Source: a virus (taxonomy: Duplodnaviria > Caudoviricetes). Taken from it: DNA of 45,604 bases. Of this stretch, positions 35,010 to 44,160 are shown piece after piece. A model generated the notes under the pieces. That model saw nothing but the letters and a program-made list of their open reading frames with translations. It did no database searches and had not been told where the DNA came from. Position numbers and translations under genes: made by a program. Location: positions 1-45,604 of IMG/VR virus record IMGVR_UViG_3300037755_000274. One strand, 5' to 3'. Numbering within the stretch: the first letter of the stretch is position 1; every line of letters starts with the position of its first letter.

Positions 35010-37211
35010 TTAACCCGGCTCGCCGCCCATGTGGACGCCGGATGTTTTCTCACTTGCAGCGTCCGCTTTCATCCCAGCATTGATAATGCCCATCTCGCGC
35101 TTCATTTCGATCTCGCGCATCGCCAGCCGTTCCTTCAATTCCAATTCGGCAACAAGCTGGCGTTCTTTCAGACCCATCTCAGCGGCGATCTGCTGCTCCT
35201 TGAGCGCAAATTCACGCTCCATCTTGATCATTTCGAGCTGACCGCTCTGCTGCATTTCCTGGGCGCGCATTTGCTGCTCAACCTGCATTTTCTGCATATC
35301 AAGCTGCATTTGAGCCTGGGCCTTGCCGGTCTCAGCCTCGATCTTCATCTTGGCCTCAGCGATCTTCGGGTCTTCCCGGCCCTCGGCGTCGGCTTTCATC
35401 TGCTCAAGCGTCTCGGGCTTGATATCGAGGTAGAACTGTTCCGGGTTCTTGATGCCAGCGCTTTCCGCCAGCTTGATCAACGTCATGTTGACCTTGGGCA
35501 GCATTTCAAGCGCCTGTTCCGCAAAGCCGGCACCGGCCAAACGATCCGTAACCGCCATTTGGCCGCTCAGGATCGTATTGAGCATTTGGATATCGCGGTC
35601 GCGCGATCCGGTGCCGAGCCCGATGTTGATGGTGCAATCCATGTTTGCGTTCCACGAACGCGGGTCCATTTCCACCCATTCGTCGCGGAGCCTAATGGTC
35701 CTGGGCCTGTCCTGGTGCTTCACAATCAGTTTCAGGATTTGCCCGAACACCCGCCGCCATCCGAGTTCGGCCTGATTGCGGGCGATCAACTCGATTTGCG
35801 AATAGGCCGAGTCTTTCTGGTTCTGGTTCGCCGTGGCGGTCTGGTTTTGCAGCGCCTCCGGGTCCAGAGCCATGGTGGACCTGGATACTCCGGTACGCAT
35901 TTCCCGCACGTTGTCGAAATGCTGTAGCCCAAGCAGGGCCTTGTCGCCGATGAATGGTACAGGAAGAGCCGTGGGCGGTTGTGTTGCCTTTTTCGTCCAA
36001 ACAGTCCCGCCGAACTTCGGACTGCGCAGCATGTCCGGGTTAGATACGGTCCCCTCTTCCGCTGTGGTCAGAGGATTATTGACCCAATACAGATTATCTA
36101 AAAACTGCCGCGTCAGCACCGTCTTGACGCGCTGAATGTCGGACACGTCGTCGGAAACCGACCGCGCATCCCAGCGGTGCGGAACCGGCTCACAAGGAAT
36201 ATCCGAAAACGGTACGTCGTCTTCCCACACTTCCCAATCCAACAACTCCCCTGCCCCGGAAGCGCCTGCATAAAACGCCCTGATTGTCTCGGCTATCCCA
36301 TCCCCGTCCGCATCTGCCTTGACGTAGCACTCGTACAACTCGACCAGCATCATCGAGTCGTCGCCAACCATGTTGAAAAACGACTGCGCATCGTCCTCAC
36401 GCGCAATCTTTTCCTCTGCCATGGTGGAAAAACGATCAACCGGCAGGTTTTCGACCAACTCCTTGTCAAACCCCATCTCGATCAGGTCGGAGCGGCTTAC
36501 ATCGTCACGGTGGGCACAAAACCGCGCCTTCTCAATACTGGTGGCCTCTCGATCAAGCAGAAAGTCCTCAGCCTCGATACACTCGACTCGCAACCGTCCA
36601 GACCTTGTGATCCGCTTGACCTTCACGTCATAGGTAGGAATTGGCTGCTCTATCGGCTGACCGTCCGGCCCAGCCATGAGCATAACCTGCGGCTCGCCCT
36701 CTTTCTGAGCCACGATCTCAATGGATTGCTCCGACTGCAAAATCGCAATCTGCTCTTCCGTCATTCCCGAATGTTCGGTGTACTCGCATTCCTCCTTATC
36801 GTCCCACCAGTGCTTGACAATGCCGTTGCCGAGCAACAGCGAGTCATGCGTTGCATCCCATAAAATCCGGTATCCAGGATTGTCTTTCAGAAAGACATAG
36901 TTGCAATAGTCCGTCGCCTGTTTGGCGAATTCCTCGTCCCGTTGTGTTTCTGGCTCGTAAACAGCAATTTGATCCGAGGCCGTGAACACCCGGATAATGC
37001 CCGGCAGCATCCAGCCAATGGTGTCAGCCACGTCACGAGAGACGACCGATGAGCGACCTTCCATTGCCGGCGTGTCGTCCATCTGCCCGCGATAGTATTC
37101 CATCGCCTTGGCGCGCTTCTTCGACAGCTCGGTATCGTCATATGTAATGGCCGAACGGATTTCGTTCGACAGCAGAGCTTTTAGTTCTTGCTCCTCTAGC
37201 CGCTCTGCCAT
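35010..37211 (-). CDS. Portal protein
   Basis: 733 aa; EYYRG...GRSSVVSRDV...PGIIRVF; long Gln/Met-rich C-terminal helix as in P22-type portals. Confidence 0.9.
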   Translation of the reverse strand: MAERLEEQELKALLSNEIRSAITYDDTELSKKRAKAMEYYRGQMDDTPAMEGRSSVVSRDVADTIGWMLPGIIRVFTASDQIAVYEPETQRDEEFAKQATDYCNYVFLKDNPGYRILWDATHDSLLLGNGIVKHWWDDKEECEYTEHSGMTEEQIAILQSEQSIEIVAQKEGEPQVMLMAGPDGQPIEQPIPTYDVKVKRITRSGRLRVECIEAEDFLLDREATSIEKARFCAHRDDVSRSDLIEMGFDKELVENLPVDRFSTMAEEKIAREDDAQSFFNMVGDDSMMLVELYECYVKADADGDGIAETIRAFYAGASGAGELLDWEVWEDDVPFSDIPCEPVPHRWDARSVSDDVSDIQRVKTVLTRQFLDNLYWVNNPLTTAEEGTVSNPDMLRSPKFGGTVWTKKATQPPTALPVPFIGDKALLGLQHFDNVREMRTGVSRSTMALDPEALQNQTATANQNQKDSAYSQIELIARNQAELGWRRVFGQILKLIVKHQDRPRTIRLRDEWVEMDPRSWNANMDCTINIGLGTGSRDRDIQMLNTILSGQMAVTDRLAGAGFAEQALEMLPKVNMTLIKLAESAGIKNPEQFYLDIKPETLEQMKADAEGREDPKIAEAKMKIEAETGKAQAQMQLDMQKMQVEQQMRAQEMQQSGQLEMIKMEREFALKEQQIAAEMGLKERQLVAELELKERLAMREIEMKREMGIINAGMKADAASEKTSGVHMGGEPG

Positions 37212-37225
37212 TTATTCATCCCAAT

Positions 37226-37247
37226 AAAAAACCCCGCCGAAGCGGGG
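37226..37247 (-). terminator. Rho-independent terminator between terL and portal
   Basis: CCCCGC-UUCG-GCGGGG followed by U6 on -. Confidence 0.8.
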
Positions 37248-37270
37248 CAAACAGCAAAGTTTGTGAAGAC

Positions 37271-38566
37271 TTAAACGACCCATTCGTCGTCTGGTTCTGT
37301 CACGCTGACCTTCGAGCGCGGTTCTTCGTAGGCCACGCACATCAGGCCGAACGCATCCGCGCCATGGCTTGACCAATCGTGCTCCGGTCCAAGCCCGACC
37401 TCACGGTCATCATCGGATTTCTTTTCGTGATACCAGCCAAGCGCCTCGCGCCCCGCCTCTGTGGTCGCCTCATTGAACCAGATACTTGAGAACCGCCGCC
37501 GCGCCGCCTCTATACGCTGCCGGGCCGCACCAGTTCCCTGATTGGGAATTACCTCAGTCTCAAACCCTGCCGCCTCTAGCGCGGTCTGCCAGCTTGCATC
37601 GGCAATAGGATTAACCGGCGCGCCGTCATGCGGTAGTACACAAAGCGCATTCTCGTACTTTCGAGAGCGAAGCCAATCAATGTGAGCCGCAATGGGCTGG
37701 CCAACAGCCTCGTAATAGTCGAGAACCCTGATTTCCTTGCCGATGAATTGTGCTATCCAGATCGCAGTCGCGTCGGACTTCATCCCGCGACCGCCCAAGT
37801 CCCAGAATGCCCGCATCCGCATCAGCGGGTCTTTCGGCACCCTGCCGATTCGGCCTTGCTGTCTCGCCTCGCTCAAACACCTGGCGTAGTACGCACCATC
37901 GACAATCGTAACAAACCCGCCCTCCCAGATGTGATCATACTGATCTGGGCGCTTGTTCAGGTCTTCCGTCCTGATCTTGTCCAACGTCTCAGGAAACCAA
38001 GGATTGTCACGCCAGTTCATCTCAGCGATCTTGGCGTCTGCCGGCGGGTCTTCCCGAAACCTTTTGTGCGTCGCACTCTTCTTACGTTCAGGGTTCCATG
38101 TGACCCAGATTTCCGAGCCATCCTCACGAACGGTCGGAATAGCTTTCATCCAAGCCGTTTCCGATACCGGCTCGGCCTCATCCACCCATAACAATCGAAT
38201 GCGTGACTTCGACTTGATGCTGTCGAGGTTATGCCTAAGACCAATGAACGCGAACTCAATACGGCGGTCCTTGGTGCGAACGTATCTGTCGCCAACGTCG
38301 TAGTGTTCGCTCAGCCATGGCTCGGATTCGATAGCCGCCTTGACCTCGGCAAGAGAGCTGTCATCCAGCGAGTTCATAAACTCCCGGCCACAGACAATCA
38401 CACCGGGTAGGTTTTCCATCGCGAACTTGTAGCCCCAGACCGCTGCCATCTTGGCAAATGATCTGGTCTTGGCTGAACCGCGTCCGCCATAGGCTCCCCG
38501 ATATAGGGCCTGACCTTCAAAGACAGGAACAAGCTTCGGGGGAAGCTCAACCCTTGCTGTTGTCAC
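37271..38566 (-). CDS. terL: Terminase large subunit (PBSX-like)
   Basis: Walker A GGRGSAKT; Walker B WVDEAE; WDLG; HGADAF. Confidence 0.95.
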   Translation of the reverse strand: MTTARVELPPKLVPVFEGQALYRGAYGGRGSAKTRSFAKMAAVWGYKFAMENLPGVIVCGREFMNSLDDSSLAEVKAAIESEPWLSEHYDVGDRYVRTKDRRIEFAFIGLRHNLDSIKSKSRIRLLWVDEAEPVSETAWMKAIPTVREDGSEIWVTWNPERKKSATHKRFREDPPADAKIAEMNWRDNPWFPETLDKIRTEDLNKRPDQYDHIWEGGFVTIVDGAYYARCLSEARQQGRIGRVPKDPLMRMRAFWDLGGRGMKSDATAIWIAQFIGKEIRVLDYYEAVGQPIAAHIDWLRSRKYENALCVLPHDGAPVNPIADASWQTALEAAGFETEVIPNQGTGAARQRIEAARRRFSSIWFNEATTEAGREALGWYHEKKSDDDREVGLGPEHDWSSHGADAFGLMCVAYEEPRSKVSVTEPDDEWVV

Positions 38567-38960
38567 CGGGAACGATTTCCACGCGCGTTACTGTTTTGAT
38601 CGGGCCGCCATCCTCGCCGGTATGCGCAATTGATTGAAGCCTCGGATGCATATAAGCCGCAGCGTCTCTCGCGCATTCGTGCGCCATTTGCCGCAGCCCA
38701 GCAGCTTTCTTGACTTGCGAGAGAAGCAGCTTGAATTGCTCTTCCGGGTTCATATCGCGCCCGCTCACCTCTTCAGCACTCAAGCCCTCGATAACAGCCT
38801 CCGCGTCAAGCGCTACCTGCTGAAAATGCCGCATGTTGTCTAGCATAACCTCTAGCGGTGCCTTGCCCTCTGCCGAAGCGCGCTCGGCAACTTCTCGGGT
38901 TCGCCTTGTCAACGCCCCTTTCTTACGGCCGGACCCGTCGCGCTTACCGCCGCGCGACAT
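38547..38960 (-). CDS. terS: Terminase small subunit
   Basis: RGGKRDGSGRKKG...AAAYMHPRLQSI...GEDGGPI; upstream of terL. Confidence 0.8.
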   Translation of the reverse strand: MSRGGKRDGSGRKKGALTRRTREVAERASAEGKAPLEVMLDNMRHFQQVALDAEAVIEGLSAEEVSGRDMNPEEQFKLLLSQVKKAAGLRQMAHECARDAAAYMHPRLQSIAHTGEDGGPIKTVTRVEIVPGDNSKG

Positions 38961-39065
38961 TTTGATTTCCTTTGATTGTTTTCAAAACCACGGCATCTCT
39001 GCCTTTAATTGAATTTCGGCGCTTGGCTAGGGCCGCCCTAAAAACCCGCAATGTTGGAGAATGCC

Positions 39066-39096
39066 GAATTAGGGCTGTTTCGCGTTACGCTGTCAA
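39066..39096 (-). promoter_or_regulatory. Possible late promoter
   Basis: TTGACA (39096-39091 on -) upstream of terS; weak -10. Confidence 0.35.
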
Positions 39097-39125
39097 GGGG
39101 AAAATTCCTGCCCGTGGTCATCCGG

Positions 39126-39665
39126 TCATAGCCCCCAAATTTTGGCCAGCCGATAAAGGCCGTCTCGGATCAGAGTCACCGCACAAGCGCGCGCTTGTGG
39201 ATCGTTGTTAAAGCCGAATTTGCGGCCTATTTTTTCGAACTCAATCTCGGCACAAACACAGTCCTCCACCGCTTGCGACTGCCTTTGCCCCATTTCGTCG
39301 CACGCCTCTCGGTATCTCTGTCTGTGGAATAGCTGCTTTTCCGACTTCGGCATGTGCCCCATTGAGGAAAGGTCGCGGGCAAATACCCGGTCCATATCGA
39401 GCGATGTTATCTGCCCCGCCATCCCGGCATGAAACCAATGGTGACGAAATTTGATGCCCGCCTGGTATTCCCGCTCCTCAAGTTGACCGCGCCCAAAAGC
39501 CCGCTCCAATGGGCAGTCCCGCATGGTCATGGTGCCGGCGCTGCCCCTCGACTCTGCCACCTCGTAGGCGTTGCCGGCGTGGCGTAATCGTTCCGGTGTA
39601 GGGCGACCGACTTCGATTTTATGTGCCTTTGCCATTCTCACTTCCGTTTTTGTTTCACGTGGCAC
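39126..39665 (-). CDS. Putative late-gene regulator (lambda Q position)
   Basis: PTPER...GQL...YQAG...GLYRLAKIWGL; last early gene before the packaging genes. Confidence 0.55.
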   Translation of the reverse strand: MPRETKTEVRMAKAHKIEVGRPTPERLRHAGNAYEVAESRGSAGTMTMRDCPLERAFGRGQLEEREYQAGIKFRHHWFHAGMAGQITSLDMDRVFARDLSSMGHMPKSEKQLFHRQRYREACDEMGQRQSQAVEDCVCAEIEFEKIGRKFGFNNDPQARACAVTLIRDGLYRLAKIWGL

Positions 39666-39690
39666 CTATCCCCACTTTCGGACGATGCTG

Positions 39691-39987
39691 CTACGCCGAC
39701 GCCTTCGACTGAAACCGCGCGTCAAACCATTCCGGCCACTCGCACGGCGTCAAAAACTGGTTTATTTGCTGGCGTTTTAGCATCTTCATCCCCCAAGGTT
39801 GGAAACCGAGACGCCAATCGAAATAGCGTTCCCACGACTTAAGTTGTTCGGCGGTGTCATCTGTGACGATGAACCAGGGTGGGCTTTCCGGGTCATCAGT
39901 GATGCGCCGCACAAAATCCGTCGCCTGCTTCCAGTAGGCTTCCGCCGCTATCGCCGCTTCCGTTTTTTCCTTTTTCGTTTTCCACAT
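39691..39987 (-). CDS. Hypothetical protein
   Basis: GGAG RBS; WERYF...PCEWPEWF. Confidence 0.65.
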   Translation of the reverse strand: MWKTKKEKTEAAIAAEAYWKQATDFVRRITDDPESPPWFIVTDDTAEQLKSWERYFDWRLGFQPWGMKMLKRQQINQFLTPCEWPEWFDARFQSKASA

Positions 39988-40774
39988 CGCCTTGCTCCAA
40001 CATCATTTGATCCCGCGCCCACGCTGCCTTTTCCTCCGGTGTCATGCCCGGCGGCGGCCCCGTTCCACCCCCGTTTTTCGGCTGATAGTCCTCGAACCGC
40101 TGTTGATTGAGCCACGTCACCGCCTGCGCCACATAGGGCGTGCCCACATGGTTAAGCTTGCGTTCGTCGGCGGCGTAAGACTTGGCCGCCGATATGATCG
40201 TCTCAGCGGAGATTCCAGATTTGACGAAAGCCTCGAATTTCTTTCGAGCGGGGTGCTTTGGGTTTGCTCCCTGCCTTCTGGGGTAGGCTTTCCAAAATTC
40301 CTCGAATTCCAAATTCTTCCGGGGGCGTGTCGCGTCAGCGACCGCCCGAATATCCTTTCCTTTTCCCTTCCCTTCCTTATTCCCTTCCAGGTGGGAGGGC
40401 TCAGTGAGTTGTGCGTGAGCACTCACTGAATTTTCCCAATCAATTTTCAAATCCTTGATTTTACTTTCAGTTTTTCTATTGATGACCTGGTGTTCAGCAA
40501 ATGTGACGATGTGACCGTACCGACGACCATCAGAACCGATGCCGAGCCTCAGCCAACCTATGTTTGAGAGTTGATTGAGGCTGTCCTGAATACTCACTGA
40601 TGGCTCACGGAGTGGGCAGCACTCGGCTTTAACGAGCTTCGGGTTGGCGTTGAAGTAACCATCATCGTCCGCGTAATTGAGGAGCGCGCACGCGAGCATA
40701 TGTGTTGCTTCGGGCAACTCACTAAGAGCCTCATGCTTCCAAAATCCCGGCTTCACAGTGCGGATGCGCGCCAT
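39896..40774 (-). CDS. Phage replication initiator protein
   Basis: MARIRTVKPGFW...YADDDG; FEEFWKAYPRR...TWLNQQRFED. Confidence 0.85.
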   Translation of the reverse strand: MARIRTVKPGFWKHEALSELPEATHMLACALLNYADDDGYFNANPKLVKAECCPLREPSVSIQDSLNQLSNIGWLRLGIGSDGRRYGHIVTFAEHQVINRKTESKIKDLKIDWENSVSAHAQLTEPSHLEGNKEGKGKGKDIRAVADATRPRKNLEFEEFWKAYPRRQGANPKHPARKKFEAFVKSGISAETIISAAKSYAADERKLNHVGTPYVAQAVTWLNQQRFEDYQPKNGGGTGPPPGMTPEEKAAWARDQMMLEQGDVENEKGKNGSGDSGGSLLEAGDGFCAAHH

Positions 40775-41301
40775 CAGACAGCCTCCACCATGATCCGCAG
40801 CATCGCCTTATCGCTGTAACGCTTGCTGATCGACGCAATGACAATCTGAGCATCATCCACCCATACGATTCCGTTTAATGCGTCGGCGGCTGTCTTTAGA
40901 AGGTTGTCGATATCTGGTTTTCCAGTCGGTCGCACGACTCCGTTAAGCGCGTCGGTCTTTTTTCGCGCCGGCCAACTCTTGGGGATTTCAAATAGTGCCA
41001 GCATGTCTACCTTGACCGGCCCTTCAATCGGCTTACGACCGTGCATCGCCAGCTTGGCTTGCCATTTGAGATCAGTTTCGAAATTGCGCGTCTTTTGCGG
41101 GGTCCATACCCGTCCGCGTCCGAAGCGCGGTCTGCCCTTGGCAACGGGTGTGCCTTGAAGCTCGATAACAACCGAAGCCGTAACGGGAAGCACAAAAGGT
41201 CGGTCAACATAGGTCACCAAGTTCTTATTCTGCATTGCAGTATTTTTCTGTTGCTCATCTAGCGATACGGTCAAAATTCCATTCTTGGTCTTGCCGGTCA
41301 C
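40774..41301 (-). CDS. rusA: RusA-family Holliday junction resolvase
   Basis: PVAKGRPRF...KPDIDNLLK...DALNGIVWVDDAQIV; true start may be downstream. Confidence 0.9.
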   Translation of the reverse strand: MTGKTKNGILTVSLDEQQKNTAMQNKNLVTYVDRPFVLPVTASVVIELQGTPVAKGRPRFGRGRVWTPQKTRNFETDLKWQAKLAMHGRKPIEGPVKVDMLALFEIPKSWPARKKTDALNGVVRPTGKPDIDNLLKTAADALNGIVWVDDAQIVIASISKRYSDKAMLRIMVEAV

Positions 41302-41452
41302 GCAACAGAATGTGCGGCAGTCGATTGGCTATGTGATCCTCTGGAACCCATAGCTGACGCGCAATGTCCAACGTGTCCTTGCCGCCACGCCACAACATCA
41401 AAATTTCGGCGTCGCTCGGAGTGCCGTGGATGTATTGGCGCGGCGCATTCAT
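41255..41452 (-). CDS. Small HTH protein
   Basis: LWRGGKDTLDIARQLWVPE. Confidence 0.65.
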   Translation of the reverse strand: MNAPRQYIHGTPSDAEILMLWRGGKDTLDIARQLWVPEDHIANRLPHILLRDRQDQEWNFDRIAR

Positions 41453-41505
41453 GCCACCTGCCTATCGCTGCAATTGAAAGTGTCTGCCCTCGCCATGGTG
41501 TTCTC

Positions 41506-42048
41506 TCAGCCGCGCGGCTCTCCAAACTTTGGAAACTCTTTGCGCGCATACGACACCGCCGCAAACGCCCAATCCATGACCCCCGCACGATCCGACATGG
41601 TCTGTCTCAGGTGATTTTCCACGGGCTTGTATTTGCGCGCTGCATGGAAAACACACGTGTGATCCCTATTCCCGAATTGGCGGCCGATAAACGGCAGGCT
41701 TTTCGTGGTCAGCATTCGCGCCAGGAGCATCGCGATTTGTCGGTAATCGCAGATTTGCCGCTCCTTGCATTCCGAGATAAGTTCGCTCACTTGTAAATTT
41801 GCAAGAACGCAAACGGCTTCCTGGATTTCGTTTATTGTCGGCTTTTGTCGCTCCACAAACTGCACCGACATGGGTTTGCACCTCGCGCATTTCCGGTCGT
41901 CGTAAGGTGCTTGTGTCGGCATCTTCGGTGTTCGCTTCCAGCCGTAGCCCTTGACCCCGGCTGATTTTCCCCGCCGCAGGTCTATCCCCAAGTCAGTGAC
42001 AGGTGACGCTCGAAATATTCTCTGTTCGCGAACTTCCATGATGCTCAT
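41506..42048 (-). CDS. DnaA C-terminal (domain IV) HTH-like protein
   Basis: RQIAMLLARMLTTKSLPFIGRQFGNRDHTCVFHA. Confidence 0.85.
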   Translation of the reverse strand: MSIMEVREQRIFRASPVTDLGIDLRRGKSAGVKGYGWKRTPKMPTQAPYDDRKCARCKPMSVQFVERQKPTINEIQEAVCVLANLQVSELISECKERQICDYRQIAMLLARMLTTKSLPFIGRQFGNRDHTCVFHAARKYKPVENHLRQTMSDRAGVMDWAFAAVSYARKEFPKFGEPRG

Positions 42049-42533
42049 ACGTCACCCCATATTTCTGACAGCATTCCGCGCGTTCGTTTGACCGGCCTTT
42101 CAGGAATGCCGTTGTAACAAAGCCGATGGTGATAGGCGCAATAGCTTCCGCATTTAATGGGCTGTCCGCAAAACAGATAAGGCGCTGCGGTCCCTTGCGG
42201 AAAGCGGCACTGGTTCGGCCTTAAATCGAAAAACTCAATGCCGAGGAAATCAGACAAATCCTCTGGAGCAATAATGGGAGCGGATTTCTTTTTTTGGGTC
42301 AGCCTGTTTAGTAATCCAGAATCCGAGCTGCGTTTCTTGTGCTCAACTGTTTCGCCGTTTTTCGTGCCCGGTGGCCCAGCGCTTTCAAGCCCCATGCGGC
42401 GCTTCTTGCCAATTATTGAGTTGCGTGAAAATCGCGATCCCGTCCGCTGATTGATTTCTTGCGCAATCCAGGCGTTTGATCCCGTCTTGGTCAGCTCGCG
42501 GAGTAGATCAATGCGCTCGGTGGTCCAGGTCAT
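42045..42533 (-). CDS. gcrA: GcrA-like cell-cycle regulator
   Basis: MTWTTERIDLLREL...SRNSIIGKKRRMGL...CRFP...FCG...SYCAYH. Confidence 0.85.
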   Translation of the reverse strand: MTWTTERIDLLRELTKTGSNAWIAQEINQRTGSRFSRNSIIGKKRRMGLESAGPPGTKNGETVEHKKRSSDSGLLNRLTQKKKSAPIIAPEDLSDFLGIEFFDLRPNQCRFPQGTAAPYLFCGQPIKCGSYCAYHHRLCYNGIPERPVKRTRGMLSEIWGDV

Positions 42534-42841
42534 GCATCCACCGATTGCTTCGATGGATTGAGCATTTTAGTGAAGATCGAAATGTCGGTTTTGCGTTCGA
42601 CGATGGGGCTAAAGCATTCAGCGTTAAACCCGGGCTCATATCCGTTCGTCGATAAATGAAAATTGTCGTGTTCGACGAAGGTTAAAAGTGTGACTCTGTG
42701 CCAAACGTTTATGGTTTTGATTATCACCACGTCACCGAACTTTGGTGCGCTAATTCCGCTGCGCGCTAATTTTCGGCCCAACTCATTGCCCGCCGAACTT
42801 CGCCCGTTCGGTGTCACCTTCTGCCCCACATAGAAAGCCAT
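42530..42841 (-). CDS. Hypothetical protein
   Basis: MAFYVGQKV...PIVERKTDISIF; GGAG RBS. Confidence 0.7.
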   Translation of the reverse strand: MAFYVGQKVTPNGRSSAGNELGRKLARSGISAPKFGDVVIIKTINVWHRVTLLTFVEHDNFHLSTNGYEPGFNAECFSPIVERKTDISIFTKMLNPSKQSVDA

Positions 42842-42866
42842 CGTGCTCTCCCTTATTCGCGCGCAA

Positions 42867-43424
42867 TCACGCGCACGCTGCGCTTGCGCGCCTGCGTTTG
42901 TCTTCTTCAAACATCCACGTGATAATCTCAGACGCAAACGCCATTCGAATCAATCTTGGCATTTCAGCTTCACCGGAAAGCCATTGCCTGCAAACATCTT
43001 CCGGGTATTCAGAAAAGTCGGACAATCTCGCTAATCCTTCATGCGGCCACATCAAATCAATTAGATTGCCGAGTAAGATATGGAACGGCTGAGGAGGCGA
43101 AGGGACAAACGGCCTCACTTTCTTTTTTGGTTTGCGCGGCCCAACAAATCCTATTGCCTCAGGGCCTTTTGTTTTCAACGCGTCTATAACGTCGTGGACC
43201 TCTTTGCAGTTTTTAAACCATTCCCCGTGCAATCTGTGGTCGGCTAGAACACGATGAATGTGTTGCTCAAGGTGCCAAGACCCTTTGATGGCGCAAAGCA
43301 GCCGCAACTCCTTACCGTTTTGCCGCTGCAACTCAGCAACTCTTTCGGTCAGGTTTTTGGTGATACCGATCTTGATGCGGTCGCCGCCCTCCAAAAAATA
43401 TAAGTTGGTTTCAATCGACCGCAC
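42867..43424 (-). CDS. T5orf172/GIY-YIG-family protein
   Basis: LYFL...IKIGIT...RVAELQ...EQHIH...HRLHGEWF. Confidence 0.8.
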   Translation of the reverse strand: MRSIETNLYFLEGGDRIKIGITKNLTERVAELQRQNGKELRLLCAIKGSWHLEQHIHRVLADHRLHGEWFKNCKEVHDVIDALKTKGPEAIGFVGPRKPKKKVRPFVPSPPQPFHILLGNLIDLMWPHEGLARLSDFSEYPEDVCRQWLSGEAEMPRLIRMAFASEIITWMFEEDKRRRASAACA

Positions 43425-43782
43425 GTATTGCCTCCGCTATCCGTTGCGCACGTTGGAAGTCGCACCACCACTCTGCCTCGCTGCCATCCATAAAGGCATT
43501 GAGCCAAGTGCGGCCTTGATCTGTGCGTAAGAGTTGAACGATGAGCCAGCCCGGCGGCTGCCGGCGGGATGCTGGTTGCGTCGTGACGTATTTGTAGCAA
43601 CTGCCCTCTGGCGTGCCGGTGAGAAGATGCAGCGCGAAGCCCGCATCCTTGCCGAGCAAGGTCCGGCCAATAGAGCCGAACCAATCTGAATCGTCATTGT
43701 CGGATGCGGCAGTGGATTCACTGCCGTTTGCGGAAGCGCGATTTCTCGCGGAATTCTGCGAACTCGGTACTCTTTGCAACAT
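43411..43782 (-). CDS. Probable regulator in the CII position
   Basis: GAGGGG RBS; HTH-like central segment; follows cro and tR. Confidence 0.55.
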   Translation of the reverse strand: MLQRVPSSQNSARNRASANGSESTAASDNDDSDWFGSIGRTLLGKDAGFALHLLTGTPEGSCYKYVTTQPASRRQPPGWLIVQLLRTDQGRTWLNAFMDGSEAEWWCDFQRAQRIAEAIRAVD

Positions 43783-43850
43783 GACTTGTCCCCTCGATAC
43801 GCATGAACATGAACCGATTGGGTTTTGCCGTGCAGTCCCCCTCGCACGGC

Positions 43851-43896
43851 AAAAAAGACCCCGGCTGTGCAGCGTTGAGTCCGCGCAGCCGGGGTC
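43851..43896 (-). terminator. tR1-like terminator
   Basis: 14-bp GC-rich stem GACCCCGGCTGCGC/GCACAGCCGGGGTC (one mismatch on -) followed by U6. Confidence 0.75.
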
Positions 43897-43945
43897 AAGT
43901 TTCCACGCCCTGGGAGGAAACGACGGTCGTGTTGGACGTGGGGAA

Positions 43946-44028
43946 TGGTTCCGGCGCGGCGCGAAGCCGTGGTTGCCCATGGCTCACCCCCTCCGCTGCG
44001 GAAGGAGGGGTGCAATCGCCGCGCCGAA
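43946..44028 (-). ncRNA. Candidate structured RNA 2 (three-way junction, ACCA 3' end; C4-antisense-like)
   Basis: 12-bp closing stem followed by ACCA; two internal hairpins, one with a GCAA tetraloop. Confidence 0.5.
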
Positions 44029-44035
44029 CTCTGGA

Positions 44036-44160
44036 TGGTTTCTCGCGGGCCGGACTCGAAACCGGCTCCAGCAGGCGCCGTGCATGCGCAATCATGAGAA
44101 CGGTTACCGACTGGCCCGCCATTGCGACTGGTGGCGTGTCCTTCCACGCCGCCGCGAGAA
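44036..44160 (-). ncRNA. Candidate tRNA-like RNA 1
   Basis: 9-bp acceptor stem UUCUCGCGG/CCGCGAGAA plus ACCA; 6-bp D-like hairpin; T-arm GCCGG-UUUCGAGU-CCGGC; oversized middle arm. Confidence 0.55.

Noticed and set aside
16359-39780. Many + strand ORFs opposite the late genes (e.g. 16359-17135, 35031-35927, 36177-36863)
   Set aside because: Antisense shadows of well-supported - strand genes in GC-rich DNA.
44036-44160. Canonical tRNA (Met or Sec)
   Set aside because: CTCATGA is present but not closed by an anticodon stem, and the arm lengths are non-canonical; kept only as tRNA-like.
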